DNA from: Marsupella aquatica
Lineage: Eukaryota > Plantae > Marchantiophyta
Reading direction: 5' to 3'
Assembly (NCBI GenBank): GCA_973895155.1
Contig: OZ316894.1
Location: forward strand, 7,588,234 to 7,652,233
Length of the DNA: 64,000 nucleotides
Shown here: one piece after another, positions 13,908-27,041 of the stretch
How the letters are laid out: each line of letters begins with the position of its first letter
Position numbering within the stretch: position 1 is the first letter of the stretch
The notes under the pieces: model-generated
Databases searched by the model: none
What the model was told of the DNA's origin: nothing
Seen by the model: only the letters and a program-made list of their open reading frames with translations
Position numbers and translations under genes: made by a program

Positions 13908-14998
13908 CTACTTACGACGACCACGGTCGCGCCTACGATACCTCACCGGTTTGTCACTATCCCACATGCTGGTTATGAAGAACAGCATTATCCAAATCAT
14001 CATTGAACAGAAGATCTGGGCATTTGTTTGGAAATCGCGTGCCCTGTTTATCCACAGCTCTGCAATACATGGCAAATCGCAACAGTGAGGAAACTTTCTC
14101 TTCCCCAAGTTCAAAGTGAACCGTTCTTCGTTACTTCGGAACCCATCTCATCATTTTAAAATTGGTTCTGCAGGTAGTAGGGCTCGGAAACGTTCTCTTC
14201 CCCCACTTCAAAGTAAACTGTTCTTCGTTACTTCAGAACCCATCTTATAATTTCATATCGATCAACTGTTCCTTCGCAGGCCAACCCTTTTCCCTGCAGT
14301 CCTACTTTGTCAGCGGAAACATTTGCAGGGATCGTAGAAGGGCTCGTCTGCAACGGAACAGTTGATCTATAAACTTGGGCTATTGATAGAGTATCTTTCA
14401 TTCGCGAGTATTGATAGTGGATCGCCGTAAGATTTTTGTTGTTTTTAATTTCTTTGCCTTCAAGACGATTAAAATTTAGCATCTTCAGAAGTGGGAGCGA
14501 GCAGAGCAAAGCTCAGAAGTAGGAATGGCCAACAAACATCTCCAATTCCATCTAGCTCCGAGTACAGATTAGACATGCAGTTTCCCAGCATAATTGTTTG
14601 TTCAATGAATAGGGTGAGAAGGACCAAAACGTACGATGACCCGAGTCGTTCGAATTGTCCGGCTCCTCTCCAGCATCCTTTTCGCTTTTCTCCTCTGCCC
14701 GAACCATCCTCCTCAGCATCAACTCTACGTCCACTCTGGACAGGGTGCTTCTTTCCGACTCCAATCGCTTGATACGAGAGGCGAAAATCCCCTTGCCCAG
14801 TAAACAATTATTTTCATCGATTGGAGAAAACGGTGGTACCACGGGAGAGGACTTCGACCTGGCAAGGTGCAAAGCTCGCACCGACAATCTGTGCCCTCCA
14901 CCCCAAGACATCAGACCGAATCGTCCTGGCGCCTGTACTGCATGTGACAGAAGCAATGTTGAATGCGCACAAGCTATCGGAATTCCGTGAGGTTCCAT
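13908..14998 (-). CDS. Small (171 aa) protein of unknown function, predicted plastid transit peptide plus one C-terminal TM helix; exons 14998-14635, 14059-13908
   Basis: N-terminus is Ser/Arg/Ala-rich and acid-poor. A phase-1 GTACGT...TTGCAG intron joins in frame to QLWINRARDFQTNAQIFCSMMIWIMLFFITSMWDSDKPVRYRRRDRGRRK* (hydrophobic helix plus basic tail). Confidence 0.7.
14256..14371. ncRNA. Candidate pre-miRNA-like imperfect hairpin inside the intron of the 13908-14998 gene
   Basis: Arm GATCAACTGTTCCTTCGCAGGCCAACCCTTTTCCCTGCA pairs with TGCAGGGATCGTAGAAGGGCTCGTCTGCAACGGAACAGTTGATC, with scattered mismatches, GU pairs and one bulge. No known miRNA recognised. Confidence 0.4.
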
Positions 14999-16278
14999 TT
15001 TTCGTATTCCCCTTTGACCTAATAAAATTCACTTCTGTCTTCTCTTCGTTCACATTCTTTCAGCACAAGGACACTGAGCTATGCATACGATAACTGGTAT
15101 TCAAAACGATATTGACTCCCTCTCTCTGTGCTTAATGCCACAAGACCCTCAAAAGAAAAACTAGCGGGCTTCTTGAAGTTCAGCGATGGGGTCAGTCCAC
15201 ATCTGCTCGTCCATACAGTACAACTGTAGAAACTTATCGCTCGTATCTGCTACCTGCAATTCCCCCGTCCTAACCCCTGTAAAGCAGCCCGGCTCTCTGA
15301 CCAGCAGCTGAAACGACCGCTAGGCCCATGTCCTGAGCAATTCTAGCATTTACAACTCTCTGTGAAGCAAACCCATCCAAATGAGACCATCATAATTGCT
15401 CCTAAGTCCGCAACCCCGCGAGACAGAGGACTAGCAATCGGAGAATCCGGGAAAGGAGCAACTACAGCCCCGCCAAATCTCGAGATCTAGATGATCGAGA
15501 AACTATCAAGGACTCTGCTCATTCAGTGCTTTTCGTGCCCACCACAATGACAATCAGCACGAAATGAAACCAATTCCCCAGAATCCTAAGCTGACAGAGC
15601 GGATACTTCTTCTTTCGACCCGAAAGCAATCGAAATATCTTCAAATCGACAGGACATGATATCATCGAGAAAACATCGAGCAATGTTTCGCCTCAGCGCT
15701 TTTCGTGCCCACCAGAATGACCGTCCAGAATTCCGAATCCGAATTCTCAAGCAGAGAATCTACCAAGTTCGAGGCATTTTGGGTGTGGAAACGAACGTCC
15801 CAGAATTCTCAGAGCCAGCGAATTGCTCTCTCGAGAAAGCTATGCAGGATTTCGCGTCCTCCTCGGAGCTCACTCCACGACAGTAGTCCAGCCACCACGT
15901 GTCATATCCCAGCCGATGATTAATCTTACGGCCATGAATTAAGCACGTGGAGGCTGGAGTTCATTCAACGTGTGCTCGTATATTGCCCACAGGCTCCGTT
16001 TTTCTAAGCCCCTTTTTGTTTTCAATCGGAAAGTAAGAGATTTATTGTAATTCGAATCCCCCATGGATCACATTTTGTAAAAACCAAGACATTGTCACTG
16101 CACATTCCCATGGAGTGGGTAAAACTATAATTGTTTATACACAGAAAAGAAAAAAGAACCAGTCGTGGGTGGATAGTAGCGATAACTTTGATTACCTTGG
16201 GGAGAAAATAGTCAAGATGTCATGGTCATCCTGATTAATTATGGCATGAAATCTTGACATCTTTTAGGTTGAAGGCAG

Positions 16279-16381
16279 TCAAGTCAGGTTACCAAAGAAA
16301 CCGGTTCACTAATGTAATTGAAATCGACTCCAAGTCAGGTTACCAAAGAAACCGGGTCACTAATGTAATTGAAACCGACTG
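16279..16381. repeat. ~52-bp tandem duplication
   Basis: caagtcaggttaccaaagaaaccgg.tcactaatgtaattgaaa.cgact occurs twice. Confidence 0.85.
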
Positions 16382-17099
16382 CAACCAGTAAGGAGACAGT
16401 TTACAAGTTACATTTCAGTCAAAAATGTAAAGAATATTATCCAAGTAAGTTAAAATGTTATGAGAAGGTCCATCCAAACTTTGGCAATCCATCTGGGTTT
16501 CATATACATAGTGCAGGTCCATTTGGGCTTTAGTTTCCAATTTGCAAGATTTGAGTTTAATTGTACTAAACTTGTTATCAATAAATTGAATTATTTTTTA
16601 GTTTTTGGGGTGTGCTACAGGAGTAGGTAAGCCATTCTGGTTGAGTTTCATCATAAAATCTGGAGGGGCAAATTCTACTGCATTAATTTTCATTATGTTA
16701 GTATGAAATATTTAGAATTGAGTTTTTTATAGTCTCATGATTACGGACCCCCATAAGAGGTCTCTTGCAAATTCCCTGCCACGAGGTTATGCCACATCAT
16801 CACAACCAGCCACAAACAAGAATGATCCTACTTTTAACAATAATAAACATGCACATTCCTGTTTGTGACAAAAGCAACATAATTTTTGGGGCGCCATGCC
16901 GTAAATATTGAACGTAAAAAAAACCAAAATACAAAGGGAGATATGTCATTTAGTAAAATAAAGTTATCATTTTGATGTTTGTCAAAGATATATCAATGTT
17001 TTATATCAAAATGTTTGTATTTTTTAATTGTTTGCAAGCTTGAAAAAACCAACCAATAGAAATGTACATAGTTAAAACCCCTTTGGTTTCACATTGTAA

Positions 17100-17620
17100 A
17101 ACTAAATAATCAATCTCTTTAATACTTGATAAAATCTGTCAATGTTTGATTCATTTAAAAAATAAAGATCATTTAAAAAATAAAGATCAAGATTTAGAAA
17201 CTAGTGACCTCTGTAACATTGTCTTGATAAAATCTTTCAATGTCACACTCATTGGAAAACTAAAGTAAAATTAAAAACTCATCATCTCCTTAGTACTTGA
17301 CAAAATCTATCAATGTTAGGTTCATTGGAAAGCTAGAGAAATTTAGATACTCATGATTTCTCTAATTCTTGATGAATAATCTCAATGTCACACATTAGAA
17401 AGCTAGAAAGATTGAAAACCTCATGATCTCTTTAGTATCGTGACAAAATCTGACGTAAAATTTGTCAATGTCAAACTCAATGTTGGAAAGCTAAAAGAAT
17501 TCATGGACTCATGATCAAAATTTCTTATACTCACACTCATTGGAAAGGCAAAGAAATTCAAAAACTCATTAATTTTGGAACTTGACAAAATTTGTCAATC
17601 TGAGGCTCATTGGAAACCCT
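17100..17620. repeat. Degenerate AT-rich minisatellite, ~60-bp unit
   Basis: Recurrent ttga.aaaat.t.tcaatgt...cattggaaa.cta...actcatgatctc, about 7-8 copies. Confidence 0.7.
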
Positions 17621-19168
17621 TTCTCGATTAAGAAATATCACAATCTCATCACCGTCACAAATTTAACCGTTAAAAATTGATTTCTTTGATTACGTCACCA
17701 TCCCTTGTCCACAATGCTTGCTTCCCGGGTTGAATTGTTCGCATTCCTCTAGTCTTCAACTGAAGCTCACTTTGAACACAAGTTGACGTCAAATGCAACC
17801 TTTATGTCAAAGAAACAATCGTTGGTCTCCCCCTCACACCATAGCTTTCTTAAATTAAAAAAACTACGAATCCTTCATGTGAAGCAATGACTTGTTTGTT
17901 TTGTGTGTTCTTCCCACCGAATCGACAAGAGCTCTTTTGCCAATAGCTAAGTGTTGTCCTTCAATCTGTCTTGTGGCGGTAATGCTTAATGTAATTCACA
18001 AACAATCAATCATGAATGATAGAAACACGATTTCTGCAATGTGTAAGCAAAAACCGTCAAAAAACTCAATTCCTCCATATTCAACCTTCCGTTGATAAAT
18101 CTCCTCTATCTTTTGAGCTTTTTCTTTTGTACGAGCACACACCACGACCATCGGGAGACTCAAAACCGTCGATTACCGCCTTGTTGAAAATTGATTTCAC
18201 TTCATCAAACACACATTACTTGGATGAACATGGGGGTCCACAAATTAATTCCCTAGTTGTGGTGCAAAACTAAGGATGGTGTTTGGACTCATAGTTCAAG
18301 TAATGGCCCCCCTAATGGCCCCAAATTCCCATGGACCACCAAAATGTAATACAAGGGAGCACTATGTTCAACATGGTGGTTCATCCTGGCTTCAATTTTG
18401 ATTTATCGCCAACTGTGATATAGTGTAGGGAATATCAAGGTCGCCAGATATAGTGTACGGAATATCAATTCGTCCATCCCTATATTTCTTTTGCTCATCC
18501 ATCCACTGAGTCCTCCAAATTAAATGACCAAAATCACTCACTCCATTCACAAAAAAGTCCGTTTCGCAAGGAAGAGAAGCTGAAAGCGCAAGACAACTTG
18601 GGAGGAAAGGAAACAAACCAAAACAAAAGCCATCAGTGTAGGCCAGTGCTTACCTGACCTCAGCCTTGACAAGAACATGTCAAGAATTCTGAAGCAAAGC
18701 CTGCCGCAGAGGAGGAAGAAGAGGAGGTCAAGTTCACATATGAAGCTCTCACTCAAGGAATCCAATGCCGGCAGCTAGCGATGCAGGAGCGTCTAAAATT
18801 TTGCACTCCCCGCCACGACTTGATAGAGTGCAATGTGTGAAGGTGCAGGCAGACTGCTTGTGTCAAGTAGAGGTGACCTCAGGAATCAACGCAAAAATTT
18901 CAGAAGGACTACCCTGCAGTGACTCAAATCTACGCAAGTACGGGGGTGAAAAAGTTATTAAAAGTTAAATTATATGTTTATTGGCACATGACTTTTGGGT
19001 TAAGTACTCGCACAGTGTGTCAGTCTAAGTAATAATTGATTGTAACTATGACTTTTGACACTTGAGCTGGCGGGAACCTGCACCTCGTTATATATCTTTT
19101 CCTATGATATTAGCTATGAACATCACTTCAGGTGGGAACCCACCCTTATGTGGCTAGTGGTGGTAAAC

Positions 19169-22044
19169 TTATGAATCACACGGAATCACACGCAAAAGGT
19201 TATCTACTAACTGATGCAAGGCCCTGTATGAAGAACCACCTTCCGCTACAGCTGCTGTTAGGAGACCCTTCCACTTCTTAGCGTTCTTCCTGAATTCAAT
19301 CCTTTCCTCCTTAACCATTATGAGCCTCACTGCCCTGGACACATCTTCCCTTGAAGGCCTAATGAGCACTTCGTCTCCTGGCGTGTAGTCCTTTACACAT
19401 ACACCACTCTTTGCGATGTTTTCCACGAATCTGCAGCATCCACAAACATGGCATTATATGCTTTGATCATCCAATCTCTTGTTGGACATTCGATGCTTAA
19501 GGTCCACTTGCAGTTTCCAAGGAAGAGTAGCCCTGCCCGCGAATCCTTTCAGAGAAATAAATTGAATGCTTTTCGAAGCTTTCTTCACCTAAGAATCTCA
19601 TACTACGCTGCGTATGGACGACAACACTGGTGCTCGGTTCCAGCGATAAGAGTTATCAACATTAGTCATCATTTAGGATGAAACTTGAAAAAGGCAAAGA
19701 ATGTCGATGAGCTTAGATTTTGATATGGATAGAAGTTCAAGAAAGAATAGAGAAGTTGAACAAGAATACAGTGCCTTCAAAAGGTTTATGCTCGGAACTT
19801 CAAGCAAAGAGCTGAAAAGAATGATCCGGGAAGCAATTTTCACAAGGAACCCAAAAGCATAATTTGTTGCGATAATCTGGCAGGCGGATAAATTTAGAAC
19901 TCGATACAGGAAACTGGAAGTGAATGAAGGGCACAAAGGGATTGATCTGTGGGCCTGGAACAACAGCAAAGACCAAAAGGACACACATCCTGGTAGAAAT
20001 CGATCCTCCACTGGTCAACAAGTTCAACTTGTCAGGGTCTACCCTACTTGACACACCAGAATCACAGAACAGTCAGGTCTGGTCGATGGCGGAAACTAAG
20101 AAGATTCTTTCTTGTTGATTGCAACTTGCACATAGGAGAGGAAGACTCGAACAATTCGATAGACGAAAGACTTTGTTTCACAGCTAAGCAAGCAGTTTAA
20201 GACATGGTATTGTATAGGGAATGTGAAAATTTCTCACCGGGCATTGATGCGGTGGTCAACAGCAATCGGCCAAGTAATGAGCGGCACTCCGCTACATAAA
20301 CTTTCCAGAACAGAATTCCAACCACAATGGGACAGGAAACCGCCGGTGGAAGGATGCAACAGAATCTGCGGTTGTGGTGCCCATCCTTCTTCGACGTAGC
20401 CTCGCCCTTTTGTTCGCTCTTTGAAGCCGGGAGGGAGAGTTGCCCCCGCCAATGTATTCATGAACCTGACAGCCCACACGAAAGGCACTCCGCTGGCCTC
20501 GAGTCCATGAGCCAACTCTGTCAGTGAGTCTGGGGCAATGTTGGCTAAGGACCCAAAGCTAATGTAAAGAACAGAGGAGGTAGGATGAGAGTCTAGGAAT
20601 TCCAATACTGGGGAAGAGCCTGCTTCTTCCACCTCGCTGCTGCGAGAGCCTGTGAAGCCAGGAAAGTTTAAAAGCGGACCGATTGCAAAGACTTTCGGAG
20701 CCTGCGCAGTCCAGATTATAATCAGAGGTTTCACCATTTCAATAATTATACTACTCTTATCACTCAAAAATTGTATAAGTCTGCCTCTCAATAGTTCTGC
20801 CGAGACCATTCCAGTTGACTGTCTAATCCTAGGTTTCACTACTCATATCCATGAAAATGTGGAAGTCTAGTTATTCTCTTATTGTTCTAACCAAGACTGT
20901 CTGGTACGATAGACTATAGTTCTATCGACGAAACCGTCCCGTGGTGTACATACATAGTAAGTTTAAGCCTTGCATGCGCATAGTCCAGACCGTAACAAGA
21001 AATTGGGTTCATATCGATGCCCAAAATGAAAAAGAATGGGTTACCTAGAAGCAACCCAAGCAGAGTCTGTGCTTTCTATGCTGTTCGTTATTGCCTAGAT
21101 CATGCTCTCTGTTACGAAGTACTCAATGCCCTGCTTAATTTCAAAACATGCAAGCGGTACCTGGCGATTAGCAGCTTTGGCTCTGAGCTCAGTTCCCACC
21201 CGAATAGCATTGAGGGATCCGGCCGCGGCATCCAACTCCTCCGAAATGTTATAAACAAGTCCTGCTGCTCTAGTCATTGTTTCAGAATGGAAGTTCCAAT
21301 AGTCTGGGAAATCTACATTCTCGTGAGAAATGTCTCGGACCCGTGCAAACTTGGCGCCAGGGAGATCCAATAGCTCATTTCGTCTAGGTGATTCAATGGG
21401 GTGGAGCTGCTCCTTACACACCGTCTGAGCTGCAAGTGCGGTGACAGCTGCATTTGCTGGGGATGTAACACACACAGAATACCATGGAACACCCAATTTA
21501 CTGGCGAGCTCCTGCATTGCAAAACGTTTTCAAACATGTCAATGGGTGCCGTCTGCAAGAGCATAATTATCATCTCTTGAAACGATTTAAATTCTCTCCG
21601 AATACACAAACTTCCGGCAAGAAATGGCATGTACTGTACCTGAGCAAAGCACGCTAAAAAATCGGAGATCACACAAGTCGGGACTCCCGGAAGACCCTTC
21701 TCCTTCAAGTCGATCAATTTGTTGCCAAAAGGCTCAAACTCCTTCCGAAACTTCTCGTATTCTGCTCCAACCCGGATTGGAAAATGTGGATCTTGCTCAT
21801 ACCGGATAGGATCTTTAAACATTGGTTCCAGATGCAAGTCGATGCCATGTAATCCACTGTTGGCTTGCCACTGAGCGAGCTCTGAGCACCTAAGTTCCGA
21901 GGTGGCACATGTAATTGTGACGCCCTCATAACTGGCGCACAGTCTCAGGATCTTCTCCAGTAGATAGAAGTGACCGGAAGCGTCGACTGGCACAAAGAGA
22001 ACGTGAGGTCGTGACTTGGCTCGTTCATCATGTGAACCTCCCAT
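19169..22044 (-). CDS. Family-1 UDP-glycosyltransferase, copy A (493 aa); exons 22044-21640, 21511-21161, 20701-20238, 19430-19169
   Basis: N-terminal HVLFVP..SGH (catalytic His), CVISD (catalytic Asp), SVLYISFGS, PSPG box WAPQPQILLHPSTGGFLSHCGWNSVLESLCSGVPLITWPIAVDH, C-terminal AVAEGGSS. GT-AG introns keep the frame. Confidence 0.95.
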
Positions 22045-22370
22045 TTCCCCAAATTCACTCCTCTCAATCACAGCACAAGTTCCCACAGTCCCTCTCCAAA
22101 ACTATACCAAACAATCTCGGTCATTAGTCTTGCTCTCGATACTCGCACGCTCTGCTCGTCGGTCAATTCTATTTATCTCTGATTGAAGCTTCCCAACTAG
22201 GACTCTCCATGACTTCCGCTTGTGCCTTGCTTGAGTCTGACGGACAGTGCCAGCATGCTGGCCCTAGCTACAAATTCATGTGTACGTTCTACCTTGTATT
22301 GTATAAGTGTAATTGCAAGCTCCTCACCCCAAACCTGAACTTATCCACACTAGCCCCCACTACCACTTCT

Positions 22371-22590
22371 TTGAAGGTGAAGAGTCGAAAGTACAATAAA
22401 AATGTTACCAAAATATGTTTTCTATTCATATTCTTTGAATAATATAATATATCATTCTCCTTTCTATGTACATATGTTGTGGTTCTTTGAAAGTGAACAG
22501 CGGAAAGGACAATAAAAATGTTACCAAAATATGTTCTCTATTCATATTCTTTGAACAATATAATATACCATTCTCTTTTTTATGCACATC
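22371..22590. repeat. ~116-bp tandem duplication
   Basis: ttctttgaa.gtgaa.ag...acaataaaaatgttaccaaaatatgtt.tctattcatattctttgaa.aatataatata.cattctc occurs twice. Confidence 0.8.
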
Positions 22591-23529
22591 CTTCTTTCTA
22601 TGCATATATGTTGTGGTGGGACCAGAGTGCCCATTCTTTGAATATAAATACTTAGAAATTATGACAAAAAGCTTGCATGTACCAGTTGACATACATCATA
22701 GTCATGATTTTTTCCATGCACATGGAGTTACGGGCTAGAGGCTCCACTCTAGACCTAGGCTCTTAAAAGTAAACTTCAGTTGGCGCTTTTATAGTAAGAT
22801 TATGCACTATGTCGAAAGTGCATGAGCATCGATCATTGATGCACTTCTTCATATGTGCATGGTGTGCTTTCCAATAGGTGCAATTAATATGGCTCATGCC
22901 CTTCTGCAAATGTCTTGTCAAGTCATAGGCATCTGACTCCTCACAACCCAAATCTTCTAGCTAGTACATGATTCAACTGGATATGTGCATGACACTATCA
23001 TGTGTACCACTTATCAATAATGCTTCTAACATTTGTGTTGCACTAATTGAAGAATGCATGTGCATTCTTATAGACAGAAATGTACTTAAGTATTTGTTGT
23101 GTAATGACATCAACCTACACTTACACATGGTGTATTTTTTTTGGTGCATTTACAATGAAAAGAGCTGTAATATTAGGGGACTACGTGACCAACCTGCAGT
23201 TACCCACAAGAAGCACTTATGCATGGTAGACTGTATTTTCTATTGCAGTCTAGACCCACAGGCTATTAACTTCTATTGTAAAGGGTAACTTCTATTGTAA
23301 AGGGTTGCGTCACTTTTTGAAGTGGTAGTCATTCAAATTTGGAGAGGCTTTTTGAGTGAAAGAGAAGGAACTGGAAAAAGAGAAAGGAATAAGAAGAAAA
23401 TAGTTATTTATTGTGTGAACACTCTTTTCCAGATATAAATTACAAAAAGAATTAAAAAAATTATTCTCATTTTATTGTACTTTGGTGGTGGTTGTCCTCT
23501 TTTTGTGTCATTTTTCACTCCACAATTAT

Positions 23530-24010
23530 TTTTACTCAATGAGATCTTTCTAACAAAGATATATTTTGCAGCGTGATATTTTTTCAACTACATCTTTAGC
23601 ACAACATCATCTATTACGCATTGACGTCTTTCACCAAACGATATATTTTAGTAAACTACATCTTTTGCACAACGACATATTTTACTTAACAACACCTTTT
23701 ATTTAACAATATTGTAAATGCAACAACATATTTATGCAACATCTTTTGTGCAACGGAGACTTGACAACATATATGACTAACAACATCACTTTACTTATGG
23801 ACCATTTTGTACTTAACAACAACTTTATATTTAACAAGATCTTTTCTCTTAACCGACATCTTGGGCATAGTGACATCTTTTGTCTCAACGACATCTTTTC
23901 TCTTAACAACATTTTGGGTGACACGACATCTTTTCTCTTAACAACATCTTGGGCGTCTTGACATCTTTTCTCTTAACGATATCTTGGGCGTCATGACATC
24001 TTTTGTGCAA
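23530..24010. repeat. Degenerate ~20-bp minisatellite
   Basis: Many copies of approximately acgacatcttttctcttaac. Confidence 0.75.
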
Positions 24011-24513
24011 CGCACAGGTATTGAGCTCGTACAAACTAATACAATCATGTAACCATTGGCCACCACATGAAATGAGTTCTGGCTGATAGATCCACCCAAA
24101 ATAATTAACCCTCTCTCTAGTACGAGGTCTGAAACATCAAAATTTGATGCACCCTAACTACAGACTATTAAGGTAACTAAGGTTAACTACTAAGTACATT
24201 CAGGTTAAGAAAATATCATGGACTACCAAATTGGTAATTTGTAGCTTTATGCCATAATATTGGTCATATGCCACCATAAATAAATGTAGTGAGAGGCTTA
24301 CTAGTGAAGAAAATGTTGAACTATGATGCCCTCCTTGATGACGATACAATCATGACTCATACCATGCTCACGTAGTCGACACAGTCCATATGTGGTTCAC
24401 CTCTTCTCCAAGGCTAGTGCCAATTACCCTTTAACAACTAAGGAAGTTATCAATTGAGTTAGTTATTAGTCATTTGTATATTATATATTAAAAAAATTAC
24501 TTTTCCAATCTTT

Positions 24514-26399
24514 TGTTGGGATATATATAGACCGAACGAGACAACATTAACATGTGTGAACATTCATCCATAGACTCCAGCACTGAAAGTACATGGTTCA
24601 CCCCGTCTGGGCTACGTCCACGGCCATGAGAAAAATCCAATAATGCAAAGTGAATACACCCGCCATAGCCAACGCTCTAGAGCTCCTCCTCATTCTCTCA
24701 CTCTCTATCCTCAAGAGTGAACCTTCAAGTTTGTGTTCCCCTTGGGTTTACCCCCTCCCATGGTCTATGGCAATCTGGAACTCAAACTAGTGCTATCCTA
24801 GTCTACTGAAGTCTAGCTAGTACTATGGAAGTATATAGATTACACTAGAGGCATAACCTAACAAAATTATCCCCTTTGACTCTAGTCCTCAGCTAACTAC
24901 CTGGTGGTGTTACTTCTAACTATTCGTATGAATCTCTTTGGGAAGTTCTAGAAGGTAAAACCAATGAGTTTTCCCTCTACACCTGAGAGCTAACTAGAAG
25001 TAAGCCATAGCTGACAAAGTGTCAGATAGAGCAGACATACATAGAAGTAAACTACCTACCTAGTACTAGCTCTTGTTACCCATATGTATCGATCTCCTCA
25101 GGAAATTCTAGACAGAAAACCTATGTTTCCCCCTCCTCTATGAGGCTTAACTAGAATTAGACCGTAGCCGGTACATACCGGATGGAGAATACATGTACAA
25201 GAAAACTAACACTTAGAAGCATCATTGTGCAAAATTTGAAGCCTTGCACAATGCTCCGTGAAACTAGCCAAAGAAATAACTTTGGTTAACATATCAGCAG
25301 GATTGAGTTTTCCATCAATCTTTATTAACTCAATCTTTTTCTCAGCAACAGCCTGCCTGAGAAAATGATATCTAATATCAATGTGCTTTACCCTATCATG
25401 TGTCACTTGGTTTGCCGCAATATGTATAGCATGCACTATTGGTATCACAATGAAGATTCACCTGCTCTTGTAGAATCCCAAATCATGAGCCAACTTCTCC
25501 AACCAAATAGCCTCCTTGTTGCCTCTACTGCTGCTACATACTCAACTTCAGTAGATCTCCAACTTACACAGCCTCCTGCCAATGTGAAAAATACCCTGTT
25601 GTAGACTTTCACTGATCCAAATCACCACCATAGTTTGAATTCACATACAAGAGACATTGCATTGTTTGAATGTGCATCAAACAACAAACCAACCTCAGAT
25701 GTGCCATGTAAGTACCTTAGAATGCATCTGTGGGACAAGATGCAACAGAAAACTTGAAATGTGCTACAGAGGAGTAGTTACAGCCTTAGCACTTGCCATG
25801 TTGAACTTGGCAAGTACCTTCTTTGTATACTTACTCTGCGTTAGCCATAGTTTCCCCTTCTTCTTGTCTCGGGGGTTTCACTTCCACAAAAATGGCATAT
25901 CACGTGCAACGAAGGATAGGGTCATTTTATTGGTTCTAAGGGAAGACTTAAGAATTTTTGTAGAAGAACAATAGGGTTTTTTAAATTCAATTTTGAGACT
26001 TATAAGAATATTAGGGTCTTTCTAATCCAATTTTTGGAATATTCCAAGAATATTCCAACTTTATAGGGGTTAAAAAATTTAAAAAAAATCCTTACATTTT
26101 AGGGGGTCCGAGGCCTAAAAACGTCGCAGGTGATGGGGAGGTCCCCATATAGTGAGACCCCCGAGCTTCTTGTCCCTGTGAATCTCTATCCCAAGTATGC
26201 GTTTAGCTGATCCTAAATCCTTCATACTAAACTCTGAGCTCAATTGAGCCTTGAGTTTAATAATCTCTACCATATCCTTGGCAACAATGAGCATATCGTC
26301 CACATAAAGGACCAGAACAATAAAAGCAAACATTGTATTGCTCACCTTCTTCATGTAGACATAACAGTCATATTCACTCTGAACAAAACCTAGTGACAT
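24514..26399 (-). mobile_element. 5'-truncated, decayed Ty1/Copia LTR retrotransposon (RT-RNaseH remnant, PPT, 3' LTR ~24514-24863)
   Basis: RT motifs LYVDDMLI and FSMKDLGSAKRILGIEIHRD; RNaseH motifs HDRVKHIDIRYHFLR and NPADMLTK. Purine tract AAAGGGGATAA is followed by an LTR with TGTTAG...CCAACA ends on the minus strand. Frameshifts and stops are present. Confidence 0.9.
25868..26165. mobile_element. 298-bp hAT-type MITE inserted in the Copia RT
   Basis: 15-bp TIR CTCGGGGGT(T/C)TCACT; 8-bp TSD CTTCTTGT at 25860-25867 and 26166-26173. The RT reading IHRDKK|KGKLWLTQ is rejoined when the insert is removed. Confidence 0.88.
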
Positions 26400-26738
26400 T
26401 TGATTTAGTGAGAAAATCTAATCTAAACAATGCAAAATGTAGAATCTGTCCTACTTGTCCAACACAACATGACTAAACACTTCCCTTCCTAATCATACTT
26501 CTCCTTTGAACGCAAAGCTTAAGCTATGCCCTTCTCCATTTGGTGAATAGTTGTGTGAAGGTCATGAGGCTCTTAATCTCTAATTCAAAACTTGCCTAAG
26601 TCAGACTTTAGTGAAATCTCCAAAATTTTCAATTATTTGAAAGTACATTGACAAACCGGACAACAAATCTTTTAAAGACAGCATTCAACTACTATAAAAC
26701 TCAGGGTTCATTGTTGATAAAAGCATACTTCTCAATGG

Positions 26739-26878
26739 ATCTTGAGAAAGTAGTCATCTCAACTCAAATTGAGTGCCCATGGCACTTTAGTGGTTGAATA
26801 TAGTGTCTATCTTGAGAAAGTAGTCATCTCAACTCAAATTGAGTGTCCATGGCACTGTAGTGGCTGAATATAGTGTCA
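26739..26878. repeat. ~70-bp tandem duplication
   Basis: atcttgagaaagtagtcatctcaactcaaattgagtg.ccatggcact.tagtgg.tgaatatagtgtc occurs twice. Confidence 0.85.
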
Positions 26879-26960
26879 TCCAATGCCCAAATCAACTAAT
26901 GTAAAAACAAATGGTTACTTGGGTTTATTAATGTTCTAAAATTAGTAAAATATCTTATCT

Positions 26961-27041
26961 ATGAGGGCTTTTAGCTTGAGTTTTGAGAGGCTAGCATTAT
27001 GACCATGTTAGCCTCTCAAAACTCAAGCTAAAAGCCCTCAT
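26961..27041. repeat. Near-perfect inverted repeat (37-bp arms, 7-nt loop)
   Basis: ATGAGGGCTTTTAGCTTGAGTTTTGAGAGGCTAGCAT-tatgacc-ATGTTAGCCTCTCAAAACTCAAGCTAAAAGCCCTCAT, with one G:T position. Confidence 0.92.

Noticed and set aside
19448-20118. ORFs conserved between 19.4-20.1 kb and 28.6-29.4 kb
   Set aside because: They lie in UGT intron 3; the conservation reflects the recent duplication or conversion, not coding constraint.
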